A stretch of 63,223 bases of DNA, filler included, from Octopus bimaculoides (Eukaryota), in NCBI RefSeq assembly GCF_001194135.2. It is 5 parts of 5 records of this genome, joined end to end, with 100 filler letters (N's around TTAATTAATTAA, not from the genome) between each part and the next. Parts side by side here need not be neighbours in the genome. Positions count along the whole stretch, not along the records: positions 22,479 to 44,999 come from NC_069010.1; positions 45,100 to 56,879 come from NC_068997.1; 3 more parts are not named here. One strand, written 5' to 3'. How positions within the stretch are numbered: the first letter of the stretch is position 1; every line of letters begins with the position of its first letter. The notes under the pieces are model-generated. The model saw only the letters and a program-made list of their open reading frames with translations. It did not search any database and was not told the origin of the DNA. Below are positions 37,527-50,355 of this stretch, one piece after another. The translations under genes and the position numbers were made by a program.

Positions 37527-38849
37527 GTAAGTTGTTCTGTTTATTGCCTATTCAAAATTGATTATTTGTTCATTTTATACACAATATTAAATGTTCCTAA
37601 CCACAGGTATTTGTGCATATTTCATTTCTTTCTTCCCCACTTTCCTCTGATCCTCATCGTTGTCACATTTTATAAATATTTAACCAAATTTTGAAGCATG
37701 TCAATTGATGGAATGTGAGTGAGAAAGAAGCCTATCATCACACACTGCAATGGAGTTTTCTGGCAGGAAATATTCAGACCAAGAGATGAAGGACAGATAG
37801 AGTAAATAAATGGATGGTGACTTTGTCAAGAAGTTCTCTAGCTACAAACAGTTGAAGGTTTTACGGACGTCAAAAGTTCCACCATTTCTTTGTTTTGTCT
37901 AACATATAGAAATACGAGTGTGTCACATAGGAATCAAGTCCCCATCTCATCTAGCTTTATAGAACTGTACTGGCGCTCAATGAATAAATGAAGCTACCCA
38001 AAAGGATGAAGATGATGTTTGTCCATAAATTTTTGTTTCATAATTTAAATACTGGAAGTGAGAATGACAGGCTGGTTGTCAGCAGATGAGACATAGTCTA
38101 CAAAAATATAGAGCAGGGCTTCTCTTAGAGGGTAGTACCACTGCTGGGTGGGGGATGTTGAAAACATTTATATAGACTGGAGACAAAAGGAACAGTGGGG
38201 TACGTATATTTGAAACATGAAGAATGTGTAACTGAGTTTGGTTGAAGCCTTGTGCTAAAGGTTAGATCAGAAACTAAAGTGAAGGGGTGATNNNNNNNNN
38301 NNNNNNNNNNNNNNNNNNNNNNNNNNNNNNNNNNNNNNNNNNNCCCAGAACTAAATTACTCTCACCTAATATTATGTGTATGTATATTTAAAACAAGGGG
38401 CACTGAATCATAACAAGGGAATGGGTCTTTGAAAAATTGTAAGTAAAAGGAAAATGGCCATAGCTGTAAATGTTTAAGAAGTGCTGGAATAGTCATCATA
38501 GTTAGGGAGTGGTGAGTAGAATGATTTTGTAAAATTTATGGAGATAATTTTTGGTAAGAGACCAGAAATTTTGACTTTAATTTGGGAGGGAAGTGAGCTG
38601 ACAGATGGCAAAATGCAGAAAAACATCCTTTACCTTCTTGATGACCATTACACAATGTATTTCAATGATGGGTGAATGTCTGCTCTTTAGTGATGGTAGG
38701 TACTTTCCTCCAGGTGAAGTCGGTAGTGTTGTTTGTCAGTTCAGCTGTAATACAGTTGGGTATAAACCACTCACACATTCTTACATACTGTATGACTACA
38801 AACTCACGAAAGCCCTGATGCTGCTGCCTAGTTAAAGCTCCTCTAACTA

Positions 38850-39030
38850 CTTGCTACTTAGCGGTATTTCGTCTTTCTTTACGTTCTGGGTTCAAATTCC
38901 GCTATGGTCGACTTTGCCTTTCATCCTTTTGGGGTCAATAAATTAAGTACAAGTTGCATACTGGGGTCAATCTAATCGACTGGTCCCTTCCTCTGAAATT
39001 TTGGGCTTTGCGCCTAGATTAGATAAGAAT
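38850..39030 (+). mobile_element. Dominant SINE copy in an ankyrin-gene intron
   Basis: Full family motif. Confidence 0.8.
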
Positions 39031-39811
39031 ATTTCTTACTTTCTCTATCATTTCCTTTCTTTTGCATTTACATATGGTCTAATATCTACAGTTGGTTTGT
39101 TTAGATGGTTTCTGTTATTTAGCTGTGTGTGTCCTCTACACATCTCACACTTGAAAGCTTGTCCCATTCCCTTCACAGTTGATATCAAAAGTAACAGTAA
39201 TATACTGCAGAATTTTGTCAGTTGATTTTCTTCCCTCTTCCCTCCTTCAGTCAGACAAAAGTAAAGTTTTAACTAAGACAGACATCTTACGCTTAATAAG
39301 AAACGCTTCTACATCTACCATGAATATGTAGATTTGTATGATTCCCCTAAATATTGTTCTGTCCACCTCTCTACTAAATTGTCAATGGCTAATACCAACA
39401 AACTATTCTATCAATTTCTTGATTACATGAAATACAAACGAAATTTAAACATGTTTGTTTAGTTACTGCCTATCCTCTCTCCTCTTCTTCTTTGTATTTC
39501 TCTCGTTTGTAATGCTTCTCTAAAGTTTTTCAATAATTTTCAATTGTGTGAGAGTGGTCCTCCCAGGCATCTAGAACAACAATAAATTTAAACAACTGAA
39601 ACTACGAAGATATCCGACCTATGCCAGTATGAAAAGCAGAAGTAAAAGTTATATATATATGTGTGTGTGTGTGTTTCTTTCCCATTTTTTTTTCTTTTTC
39701 ATACACCTCGTTTCTCACCCATGCATCTTCTTTGATCTCTTTGCTCCCCACCTCTCTCCTTCACTCTCTCCTTTGATACATTTCACATGCCTTCACTTTT
39801 CTTCACTTCAG

Positions 39812-39966
39812 ATCAACAAAAAAAAATATTCATGTGGTCTGACAAACTTGATGGTTGCTTGTCGATTGGGCAGTACAAACTTAATAGAAATGTTGATAGA
39901 ATGTGGGGCTAAGGTGAACATGGAAGATGAACATGGCAATACAGCATTACATTATGCTGTGAAGAG
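39812..39966 (+). CDS. Ankyrin-repeat protein exon (INKKKYSCGLTNLMVACRLG...GAKVNMEDEHGNTALHYAVK)
   Basis: TTCAG acceptor after a pyrimidine tract and GTAAG donor. 155 nt, phase 0 to phase 2. Contains the ankyrin motif GAxVNxxDxxGNTALHYA. Confidence 0.9.
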
Positions 39967-41589
39967 GTAAGTTAAGAATTAAATAAAATCTTCATATCTG
40001 TTTTGTTTCTAAATTTCTTCCAAAGTATGCCATAGTAGTGGCAGTGTGACATGATGACAACATGACAGTAGTNNNNNNNNNNAGTATGCCATAGTAGTGG
40101 CAGTGTGACATGATGACAACATGACAGTAGTAACCAGCAACATCTTTGTCTCATTTTCTCCAAGAATCCTCTTCATTATTGAATCATAAAAATGTTTTTG
40201 GTGATATTTTGTCAAAACAGATTATTTTTGTTTCAGAGATAATCTTTGAGGGCCCACAGTTCTTCAGATTGATCCAGTGTGATTCAATAACCTCTATCAA
40301 TACTGATTATGGAGAGATCAATCAATTTTTCACTAAAGAAAATATTATTTCAGCTCTGAAAGAACAAGAAAAATCCTAGAGTTTGTTGTGGCAGTAGTAA
40401 TTTGTAAAGTTCCTCCCAGAGATTATAATATTACATACATCCATAACGTACTCAACTTATTCTTTGATGTATAAATCGTAACTTTAACTGTATCTCAGGA
40501 TAAAAATTATTTACCTAAAATTCTTGGAATGACTTTGAAAGGAACTCCTGAATCACTGACTTGGACTTGAATTCTAGCTGACATCCTCAATCCAAAAGTG
40601 GCTTCTCAACTATCTTTCTACTTCACTTGATATTAGTTCTCCTTTTGCTTCCAGTCCTGTCCCTCAGATACCCCCTCCTACTTGCCTGACATCTTTGGTA
40701 CATGCCCTTCTACACCACACATCTTTGGATAACTTACTATTTGTTGAAGTTTTTGCTATTTTAGTTTTTTTATACAGTTTTACATGCACACACACACACA
40801 CACACNNNNNNNNNNNNNNNNNNNNNNNNNNNNNNNNNNNNNNNNNNNNNNNNNNNNNNNNNNNNNNNNNNNNNNNNNNNNNNNNNNNNNNNNNNNNNNN
40901 NNNNNNNNNNNNNNNNNNNNNNNNNNNNNNNNNNNNNNNNNNNNNNNNNNNNNNNNNNNNNNNNNNNNNNNNNNNNNNNNNNNNNNNNNNNNNNNNNNNN
41001 NNNNNNNNNNNNNNNNNNNNNNNNNNNNNNNNNNNNNNNNNNNNNNNNNNNNNNNNNNNCACTAACCTGTTCTCTCTTATTTTCAGTGACATGTAATACT
41101 GCTTCCACCGTATGTTCTTTTATACTTTTATATGTTTCAGCCCAAAAGCTGTGGCTATGCTAGAAAACCGCCACTGTAATCACCTTTTCCAGGGCCATTC
41201 TTACACGATTGACTTAGATATAAAGTTTGGGAAATATAGGGATAGATATCAACAAGAGAAATATGAACAATATTAAAGATTAGAAGTTTAAANNNNNNNN
41301 NNGTAAGTGCATATCTAAAGAGAAGAATCTTAAAAAGATATGGAAGACGATAAGAATAAAATTAATAGAAATTAATAAGACGGTTTTCTGAAGGGAAATT
41401 TCGTAAGATATTAAAAAGTAACTAGTAGCTAGTTTTGGTATAAGAAAAAGAAAATCATATATTTATCATTAATAAGCTAGAAAATAAAAGATTGGAAAGA
41501 GAAAGAAATAATTGATAAGTGAAACAATATAAAAGTTCTTGATCTATTTTACAAAACAGAGATTGATATCAGCAGGAAAATATGCTGTT

Positions 41590-41858
41590 TTGAGCGTGGC
41601 TGTTGCCAGTACCACCTGACTGGCCTTCGTGCTAGTGGCACGTAAAAACACCCACTACACTCTCGGAGTGGTTTGCGTTAGGAAAAGCATCCAGCTGTAG
41701 AAATTCTGCCAAATCAGATTAGAGCCTGGTGTAGCCNNNNNNNNNNCATCCAGCTGTAGAAATTCTGCCAAATCAGATTAGAGCCTGGTGTAGCCAGGCT
41801 CTAATCTGATTGTCCAACCCATGCTAGCATGGAAAGTGGACGTTAAACGACGATGATG
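41590..41858 (+). mobile_element. Retroposon 3' end with (GAT)n tail, RTE-type from memory
   Basis: GCGTTAGGAAAAGCATCCAGCTGTAGAAA..GGAAAGTGGACGTTAAACGACGATGATG. Confidence 0.5.
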
Positions 41859-42488
41859 NNNNNNNNNNNNNNNNNNNNNNTGAAAAAATCTCATGAAGAG
41901 ATAAAGGGTGCAGGACAACTCAATACTCCAACTCAACACCGCCAGCTCAACACCACCGGTTCAACACCATGAAAATTGATTAATAAGTAATTTATTCGTT
42001 TTATAATTTTATTTATTTCATAACATAATCAGATATTTATAAAAGATTCATTTAGCACATGACATAAATTTTAAAATTCAAATGAAAGTAATTGAGAAAC
42101 TATACATTTTTAATACAAGGCTAAAATTCAAATGAGAAATTTACTGAAAGTTGTATTCAATTCCCTTCAAATATTGTGTGGGAATTGTTCTGAAAAAGAT
42201 GAAACAATATGCAGTATTCTATCATCTGCCTATGTATACTTCTTTAGTTTAGGGTGAGGGGGGATGACCTTCAATCATTGTTCTGGAATGCACGCACACA
42301 CACAAACACACACACNNNNNNNNNNNNNNNNNNNNNNNNNNNNNNNNNNNNNNNNNNNNNNNNNNNNNNNNGTTTGTATGTATATGCATATGTGATATGC
42401 ATATAGATTTTTGTATGTTAATAATTATGCATTGAAGATTAGTGTGTATTTAATGGAATGTCTGTGATCTTTTACTTTTTACTTTCAG

Positions 42489-42645
42489 CAAGCAACATAC
42501 TCTGGTGCCACTGATGGCCTCCAAAGGAGCCAATGTAATGAAATGCAACGCCCAGGGCAACAGTCTTCTCCATCTGGCAGTGGAGACTGGCTGTAAAAAT
42601 ATGGTGGAAGCAGTATTACATGTCACTGAAAATAAGAGAGAACAG
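42489..42645 (+). CDS. Ankyrin-repeat protein exon (S-KQHTLVPLMASKGANVMKCNAQGNSLLHLAVETGCKNMVEAVL...EQ)
   Basis: TTTCAG acceptor and GTTAG donor. 157 nt; its first base completes the split codon AG|C from the previous exon. Contains GANV...GNSLLHLAV ankyrin motif. Confidence 0.88.
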
Positions 42646-43334
42646 GTTAGTGNNNNNNNNNNNNNNNNNNNNNNNNNNNNNNNNNNNNNNNNNNNNNNNN
42701 NNNNNNNNNNNNNNNNNNNNNNNNNNNNNNNNNNNNNNNNNNNNNNNNNNNNNNNNNNNNNNNNNNNNNNNNNNNNNNNNNNNNNNNNNNNNNNNNNNNN
42801 NNNNNNNNNNNNNNNNNNNNNNNNNNNNNNNNNNNNNNNNNNNNNNNNNNNNNNNNNNNNNNNNNNNNNNNNNNNNNNNNNNNNNNNNNNNNNNNNNNNN
42901 NNNNNNNNNNNNNNNNNNNNNNNNNNNNNNNNNNNNNNNNNNNNNNNNNNNNNNNNNNNNNNNNNNNNNNNNNNNNNNNNNNNNNNNNNNNNNNNNNNNN
43001 NNNNNNNNNNNNNNNNNNNNNNNNNNNNNNNNNNNNNNNNNNNNNNNNNNNNNNNNNNNNNNNNNNNNNNNNNNNNNNNNNNNNNNNNNNNNNNNNNNNN
43101 NNNNNNNNNNNNNNNNNNNNNNNNNNNNNNNNNNNNNNNNNNNNNNNNNNNNNNNNNNNNNNNNNNNNNNNNNCAGTCCAGGGGCACTGGCAACGATCTC
43201 GCTCGAAAGTCCTTAGACATGCTACGGGCACAAGAGCCAGAAAGGCGATGCTGGGCACAGGTGCCATCACAAATTCGCTTTCGCTNNNNNNNNNNGGCGA
43301 TGCTGGGCACAGGTGCCATCACAAATTCGCTTTC

Positions 43335-43459
43335 GCTTGCCCCAAAAAGTTTTCGCAAGCTGAGTTTCGTGTCCAATTTAACTCGTTTTCGATTTCACTT
43401 GCCTCAACAAGGTCTTCGCAAGTGGAGTTTAATGTCCAATTTAACTCGATTTCGATTTC
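43335..43459. repeat. ~62-bp tandem repeat running into a gap
   Basis: TTCGCAAG..GAGTTT..TGTCCAATTTAACTCG.TTTCGATTTC occurs twice. Confidence 0.6.
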
Positions 43460-45099
43460 NNNNNNNNNNNNNNNNNNNNNNNNNNNNNNNNNNNNNNNNN
43501 NNNNNNNNNNNNNNNNNNNNNNNNNNNNNNNNNNNNNNNNNNNNNNNNNNNNNNNNNNNNNNNNNNNNNNNNNNNNNNNNNNNNNNNNNNNNNNNNNNNN
43601 NNNNNNNNNNNNNNNNNNNNNNNNNNNNNNNNNNNNNNNNNNNNNNNNNNNNNNNNNNNNNNNNNNNNNNNNNNNNNNNNNNNNNNNNNNNNNNNNNNNN
43701 NNNNNNNNNNNNNNNNNNNNNNNNNNNNNNNNNNNNNNNNNNNNNNNNNNNNNNNNNNNNNNNNNNNNNNNNNNNNNNNNNNNNNNNNNNNNNNNNNNNN
43801 NNNNNNNNNNNNNNNNNNNNNNNNNNNNNNNNNNNNNNNNNNNNNNNNNNNNNNNNNNNNNNNNNNNNNNNNNNNNNNNNNNNNNNNNNNNNNNNNNNNN
43901 NNNNNNNNNNNNNNNNNNNNNNNNNNNNNNNNNNNNNNNNNNNNNNNNNNNNNNNNNNNNNNNNNNNNNNNNNNNNNNNNNNNNNNNNNNNNNNNNNNNN
44001 NNNNNNNNNNNNNNNNNNNNNNNNNNNNNNNNNNNNNNNNNNNNNNNNNNNNNNNNNNNNNNNNNNNNNNNNNNNNNNNNNNNNNNNNNNNNNNNNNNNN
44101 NNNNNNNNNNNNNNNNNNNNNNNNNNNNNNNNNNNNNNNNNNNNNNNNNNNNNNNNNNNNNNNNNNNNNNNNNNNNNNNNNNNNNNNNNNNNNNNNNNNN
44201 NNNNNNNNNNNNNNNNNNNNNNNNNNNNNNNNNATGCACAAGGTTGTACCTTTGTGTGGAAAGGGGACGATTGGAGTGCATGTAAATATAGAGGGATGTG
44301 TATATGTACACGAGCCGGGTGGCGCTAGTGCATATATATGGGGGAGCGTGTGTACGTGAGTGAGTGAATGTGTGTGTCTATCGACAGGATGACTGATGTC
44401 TGTCGATATGTATGTATGTGTATATGTGTGTGCGCATGCGGACGGTCATGTGCTTCGCATGTGTGCGTGAATTTTTACATCCATGCACGCACATGTATGA
44501 ATATGTGTGTGAGTGCTTGTCTTTGCGGGTATGTCGGTGTAGGCAGTAGCAAAGTTTAAACACTGGAATAACATCCCCACTAAACTTTCTCAGCCGTTTA
44601 ACCTAATGCCATAAACACCCTCTCCACACACCCCTCCATTGACATTAGATTCTTTGTAATTTTTATTCTTCATTTTTTAGCTATGATTTCTTGACCACAA
44701 CTACAAATACCTCCACCCCTATTTATATTAGATACTTTGTGTTTTTTATTTTTCAATTTTCTTCCTGACTACATCTTCCTCACTTGACTAAATGTGTCTA
44801 AACTGCTGGAATGTTACCATTAGCATATAACCTGGAGCGAAAAGGAAATACAAATCTGCTAACTTTTGANNNNNNNNNNTAGCATATAACCTGGAGCGAA
44901 AAGGAAATACAAATCTGCTAACTTTTGATGAAGTCACCTGATGAAGCTCTTTTGCACTGTGCGTTGCATTTGGTGTCATTACATCGTCTCGCACCCTCTN
45001 NNNNNNNNNNNNNNNNNNNNNNNNNNNNNNNNNNNNNNNNNNNTTAATTAATTAANNNNNNNNNNNNNNNNNNNNNNNNNNNNNNNNNNNNNNNNNNNN

Positions 45100-45392
45100 T
45101 TCACATCAAGGGATCGGATTTCATCGATCGTCCAGTCAAGTATCCCAAATGTCGGTATGAGTACTGCAAACACATTGTGGGCTATTGCTTTATTGAACGC
45201 AGAGAGTTCCGAGGTCCATATTTTCCTAACCCGATTTCTGTATTCCTTAGTAACACGTTCCTTGTTACAGGTACCTTCATATGATACGTTTTCATCTACT
45301 CCCAGGTATCTGTAGGATTCCTCATCAGATATTGGAGAAACAGATAGGCCATTGATGGAGATGTTGTTAGGGTGGTTTTTAGCCTTTCCTCG
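45100..45392 (-). mobile_element. R4/Dong-like LINE RT thumb fragment (divergent subfamily)
   Basis: Open reverse frame ISDEESYRYLGVDENVSYEG..KEYRNRVRKIWTSELSAFNKAIAHNVFAV..FGILDWT. Confidence 0.8.
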
Positions 45393-47119
45393 TTATGTGT
45401 GTATGTATGTATGTATGTATGTATGTATGTATATGAGCGTGTGTGTGTGTGTGTGTGTGCGTTTTTCCCCTTGTCGATATATGGTTATGCTTTTAGAGAA
45501 GTATGAGAAAATATGAGAAAATTTGTAAGTTATATGAAATGCAAACATGGACGTAAACGAACTGTTCCCGACTCTTATACGTGTGCGTCGTGTACTTGTA
45601 GTTTGTTGTTCAAATTTCAACTTGCAGGTTGAATATAATTCTTTTTTAGAAAATCTATTCGCTATTTTTCAATTATAGATCAGTTCTTCTTGTATATGTA
45701 TATGTATCAATCTATCTATATGTATATGTAGCAATATATGCTCTCTATATGTATCAATATATCTACCTTTATGTATATGTATCAATATATGCAATATATG
45801 CATATATATGTATTTGTATCACTATATGCTCTCTCAGCACTTATAGTAATCTATTCGTTGTTCATTCAGCAAATTTCAGATCATTATACGAATTTATGAG
45901 TTTATTTCTCTTCAGAAAAAACATGATTTATTCATTTTGTTCGTTTAGGGAATCGTTCATATATGTGTACCCACTGTATTTGTATATCATTACAAATCAG
46001 TCTATCCCGTCTATCTTTTTTGTGCTTGTCAAGAAACATTTCAGTTGTAAAAATCGTCCAGTTGCATTTCGGTTCTGACTGGGAGTTTCCGGCATTCGTG
46101 CTGCTTACAAAAGCTGTACAGGCAATACTCAATTTTTTAGGAATTAACCTTGCTGAATTGTTTGGTTCGACAAGACTAAATGCACACATTTTATATTTTG
46201 TGTTCGTGTCCCCCCCCACAAAAAAAATTCATTTATTTACTGTGAGCTCATCGTTCTATCCAATTCGTGACCATAATCGTCTTAGTAATTGTTTGTCTTC
46301 TCCATACTGCTTCTTCATGCTCATTATTTTTAATTGCAGAGAGTGGTGGGTGACCTTAAAGAAATTACCTTGCGGTATCGAGTAACGTCCTGTTAGAATG
46401 CACTTTCTCAGTTAATCTTCTGGAATCGATAAAATGTACTAAGGTCAATTTAATAGTTTTTAATGCATATTTTATGTAAATGGAATAGAAGACTGAATAT
46501 ATTCTTTCCTATTTTCAACAAAGCTTTTCTCTCTGTTGGAAATTATTATCATACTAGCTGAAAACCTCCCAGAGTGTGGTTAAAATACAATTACACATTT
46601 GATGCTAGTCTCTGTAATTTCTCAGTGATATTACTTCTAATTCCCTTTTGTGTCCGTTGTTACTCTAGTAGCACTCGCCTAGCTCAATAGCTATATATAG
46701 ATTAATACCAAGTCCTCAAAGATAGGGTGAGAATTTATGAAGGAATCAGTTATTTTGTTGATTTGACCATGTACAAATCCTAAATTTCGTAACTTCAAAT
46801 GGCAGTGAACTGGATTACTGGAAAATTGACTGTAGATTCGAATACATGTAATTGCACAACTTATTTGGTTTGCATTACGATTCCGCCGATATATATATAT
46901 ATATATATATATATAGCAATAAGAAAATGAACGGGATCAAGAGGTGGTATCCATCAACTTTTAGACATTATATTATGTCTATTTATTTATTTTTAAAAAA
47001 CATTATAACAATATACATACATGTATAACATATTATGCCTTACATATATGATATATAAAATATAAAAATACCAGTAATTATTAAAATATATAACGTAGAG
47101 CATAAAAAGTAGAATAGTA

Positions 47120-47241
47120 TCTTACAGTTGTTTTAGCCAAGAGGTCATAGTACCCCACTTTACTTCCATCCCTTTAGTGAACTGAGGTATTTGGTAGATA
47201 AGATTAAGGTACTTGGGTGTGCCTCTCGGCTTCGTCAGAGA
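47120..47241 (-). ncRNA. Second copy of the long-stem-II hammerhead family, with GAAA mutated to AAAA
   Basis: Reverse strand TCT-CTGACGA-AGCCGAGAGG...CCTCTTGGCT-AAAA-C-AACT-GTA-AGA. Confidence 0.5.
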
Positions 47242-47845
47242 GTTTAGAAAGTTCATAAGGTTAAGTTATAGATATAAATACATTTTACATATACATACAT
47301 ATAAATACACTTTTACATATACATACATATACATAAATATACATAAATACATATCTATACATTTATATGTATATGTATATGTATATGTATACAAAAGAAT
47401 AAATTATTATTATTATTAGGTGTATTATATTATTCCTATTAGGTAAAGTATAAACAGAGGAAAGAAAAACTTACCAAAAGAGAAATAATAGTGGGATTTA
47501 AATGATGAATCTATCTTAAGATTATTGTAGTTATGTAGGAATGAAAAGGTATATAAANNNNNNNNNNNNNNNNNNNNNNNNNNNNNNNNNNNNNNNNNNN
47601 NNNNNNNNNNNNNNNNNNNNNNNNNNNNNNNNNNNNNNNNNNNNNNNNNNNNNNNNNAACGACCCTTCATCAGTTGTCGGCCGTTCATCTACTCCACATT
47701 TCGAGCAGTTAAGGACAATATGAGGCGTCGAAAAACCGTTACTCCCGTGAACCAAAATGTAGTTTGGGGTTTTGCGAAGGGTCAAAGTTGGTAACAAAAA
47801 CAGGACAGTGCAGACATGCAACAAACCAAACGAAAACAAATATAG

Positions 47846-48027
47846 AAAGGCCGTTTGGCTAGATGAGGTAAGGTAGCGAACGCTGGATGAATATTCTTGA
47901 GCAAGAGGAAAGATAGGGGAGGAGGCAGATAAGAATGTGTCTGGTTTGTGCGATAGACTGAAGGAAAAGAAAGATGATCATGTGAGGAAAAGAAAGATGG
48001 GCGTTGGAGTAAAGGAGGAAAAGGCAC

Positions 48028-48062
<35 letters not shown>

Positions 48063-48069
48063 GAGAGTA

Positions 48070-48100
<31 letters not shown>

Positions 48101-48500
48101 CAGATAGAAAACGATGAAGGGGAGAAAAAATGAATTGGAGAAAGGAAGAGAGAGAAAAATGAAAAGGGGAGAGAGAACAATACAGGCACTTTGTATTGTT
48201 CGATTTCTTCCCCTTTCGTTTTCTCTCTCTTTCTTTCTTTAATTCTTTTTTCTCCCCTTCACTGTTTTCTATCATTCTCTCTTTCTCTCCCTCTTCCTCC
48301 TTTACTCTCTCTCTCTCTCTCTCGTTGCTCACACGTGAACATCGTCCATCTTTCTTTTCCTCACTTGATCATCTTTCTTTTCCTTCAGTCTGTCGCACAG
48401 ACCAGACACATTCTTACCTGTTTCCTCTCCTATCTTTTCTCTTGCCAAAGAATATTCCTCCAGCGTTCGCTACCTTACCTCGTCTAGCTAAACGGCCTTT
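47846..48500. mobile_element. Foldback with 155-bp inverted arms around (GA)n/(TC)n
   Basis: 47846-48000 is the reverse complement of 48346-48500 with scattered mismatches. Confidence 0.8.
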
Positions 48501-49283
48501 CATGTTTGTCCTACACCAGGCTCTCCATTCAAAAACAAATCTAATCCAATAACATCTATGGAATTACATAAAGGAACCTGTGGACGATTTGAAGGAAGCG
48601 GTCTTTTAACGAAAAAAAAAAAAAAAGAAACGAAATTTTACAGCCATACAAAGCACAGTTTCTGTTATGCATGATGTCTCAGTGAAACATGTGCGAAACA
48701 CACGTGAAATCAACACCGAAAAGTTTACAAATTATAAAATAGAAATGAAACAAAACAGTAAGTACGTAAATTGAGTAATTATGCATACACTCGAATGTCA
48801 ACAGAGTCATATATACATTTTGATACCCATAGAACTATACGTACATCTCAATGTTTTACAACTACGTAAAATTTACAGTACACACATTTACGCATATGAA
48901 AACACGTGTCACAAACGAAGCAAAATTAAAACAAAATTTTTTCTTTTTTCTTTTTATTTTTCGAACTAACACAGACAGAGTGAACCATTCATAAGTTTAG
49001 AAACACCAGAAAAAACTATGCTAGGAGATAATTCTATCAACAAAAAATACAAACGAATATAGATCTGCTAGCCTTAAGAAGTTACGTTACGAGCAATGTT
49101 TACATGCAGAGAACTCGGTGACGGTGTTGTCTTAAAAATTTACCCTAAACAGACAAATCCGTCTCCTAATGTCAATGCCGAAGCTCCTCATGCGTCATTG
49201 ATAACAAAGCAAATTACAAACCAGATTGGTCGTCGACCGGATCACAAAGGGCCACGTACTCGATATAGATTTGTTAGCCTTAA

Positions 49284-50355
49284 GGGATCTTTGGGGTTTG
49301 ACGGGCAACATTTGCTTTCTTAACGAAACACTTTCAAACTTGGGACACTGGTAGAATGTGTCATATAAAACAACTTCTTCTCTTAACCTTCTTAACAAAA
49401 AATTGTACATCGCAAGTTATTTCATGTTAANNNNNNNNNNNNNNNNNNNNNNNNNNNNNNNNNNNNNNNNNNNNNNNNNNNNNNNNNNNNNNNNNNNNNN
49501 NNNNNNNNNNNNNNNNNNNNNNNNNNNNNNNNNNNNNNNNNNNNNNNNNNNNNNNNNNNNNNNNNNNNNNNNNNNNNNNNNNNNNNNNNNNNNNNNNNNN
49601 NNNNNNNNNNNNNNNNNNNNNNNNNNNNNNNNNNNNNNNNNNNNNNNNNNNNNNNNNNNNNNNNNNNNNNNNNNNNNNNNNNNNNNNNNNNNNNNNNNNN
49701 NNNNNNNNNNNNNNNNNNNNNNNNNNNNNNNNNNNNNNNNNNNNNNNNNNNNNNNNNNNNNNNNNNNNNNNNNNNNNNNNNNNNNNNNNNTAGTAAGGGT
49801 TTAGGGTTTTAGGGTTAGGGTTCGGGTTTTAGGGTTAGGGTTTTAGGGTTAGGGTTTTAGGGTTAGGGTTTTAGGTTTAGGGTTGGGGTTAGGGTTGGGG
49901 TTAGGGTTAGGGTTAGGGTTATGGTTATGAGTTATAGGGTTAGAGTTAAGGTTATGGCAAAAATAATCATAACCCTAACCGTAATCCTAAAACTAACCCT
50001 AACTCTAAAACCCGAACCCTAACCCTAAAACCCTAAAACCAGTACAAATGCACGAACGATGTCATAAATAAGAGTAACACGGGTAGTTGTTGTTGACAAA
50101 CAACGGGACTAATTTTATTCAAGGGAAAAGATCCCATGACACCGTTACAGCATTAATTGTTTTCACCTTAATAGACGTCAGTGATTGGTTGAAATCACCG
50201 AAATACGACAATTTTTTTTACATAAAATAACTTCGAATACAACATTTTTTGTCTGTTCTATACCACAAAATATACAAATATTCGAAGTTTGAAAGTGTTT
50301 CGGTACCAAAAACACTACAAAAAAAATGTTGCCCGTCAAACCCCAAAGATCCGCC
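49284..50355. mobile_element. TTAA-flanked non-autonomous TIR element with an inverted telomere-like core (Kolobok-like termini)
   Basis: TTAA at 49280-49283 and 50356-50359; 29-bp perfect inverted repeat 49285-49313 and 50324-50352; empty site at 49074-49077. Confidence 0.75.
49791..50040. repeat. Inverted (TTAGGG/TTTTAGGG)n and (CCCTAA/CCCTAAAA)n arrays
   Basis: G-rich strand to about 49955 and C-rich strand from 49970. Confidence 0.9.

Noticed and set aside
40020-40135. Short direct repeats across ~10-N gaps (also 36305, 41690, 43245, 44820; longer 23330/24420)
   Set aside because: Identical sequence on both sides of a gap indicates contig overlap artefacts.
45270-45335. Reverse CTGATGA...GAAA.GTA resembling a hammerhead
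   Set aside because: No stem I or II pairing; lies within LINE coding sequence (SDEESYRYLGVDEN).
45932-46400. Overlapping 95-140-aa ORFs
   Set aside because: No recognisable domain or splice signals; possibly a decayed transposon, but unsupported.
49791-50040. Telomere-telomere fusion site
   Set aside because: The arrays are short, mirrored down to a rare variant, and enclosed by TIRs with TTAA duplication, so they are element-internal.
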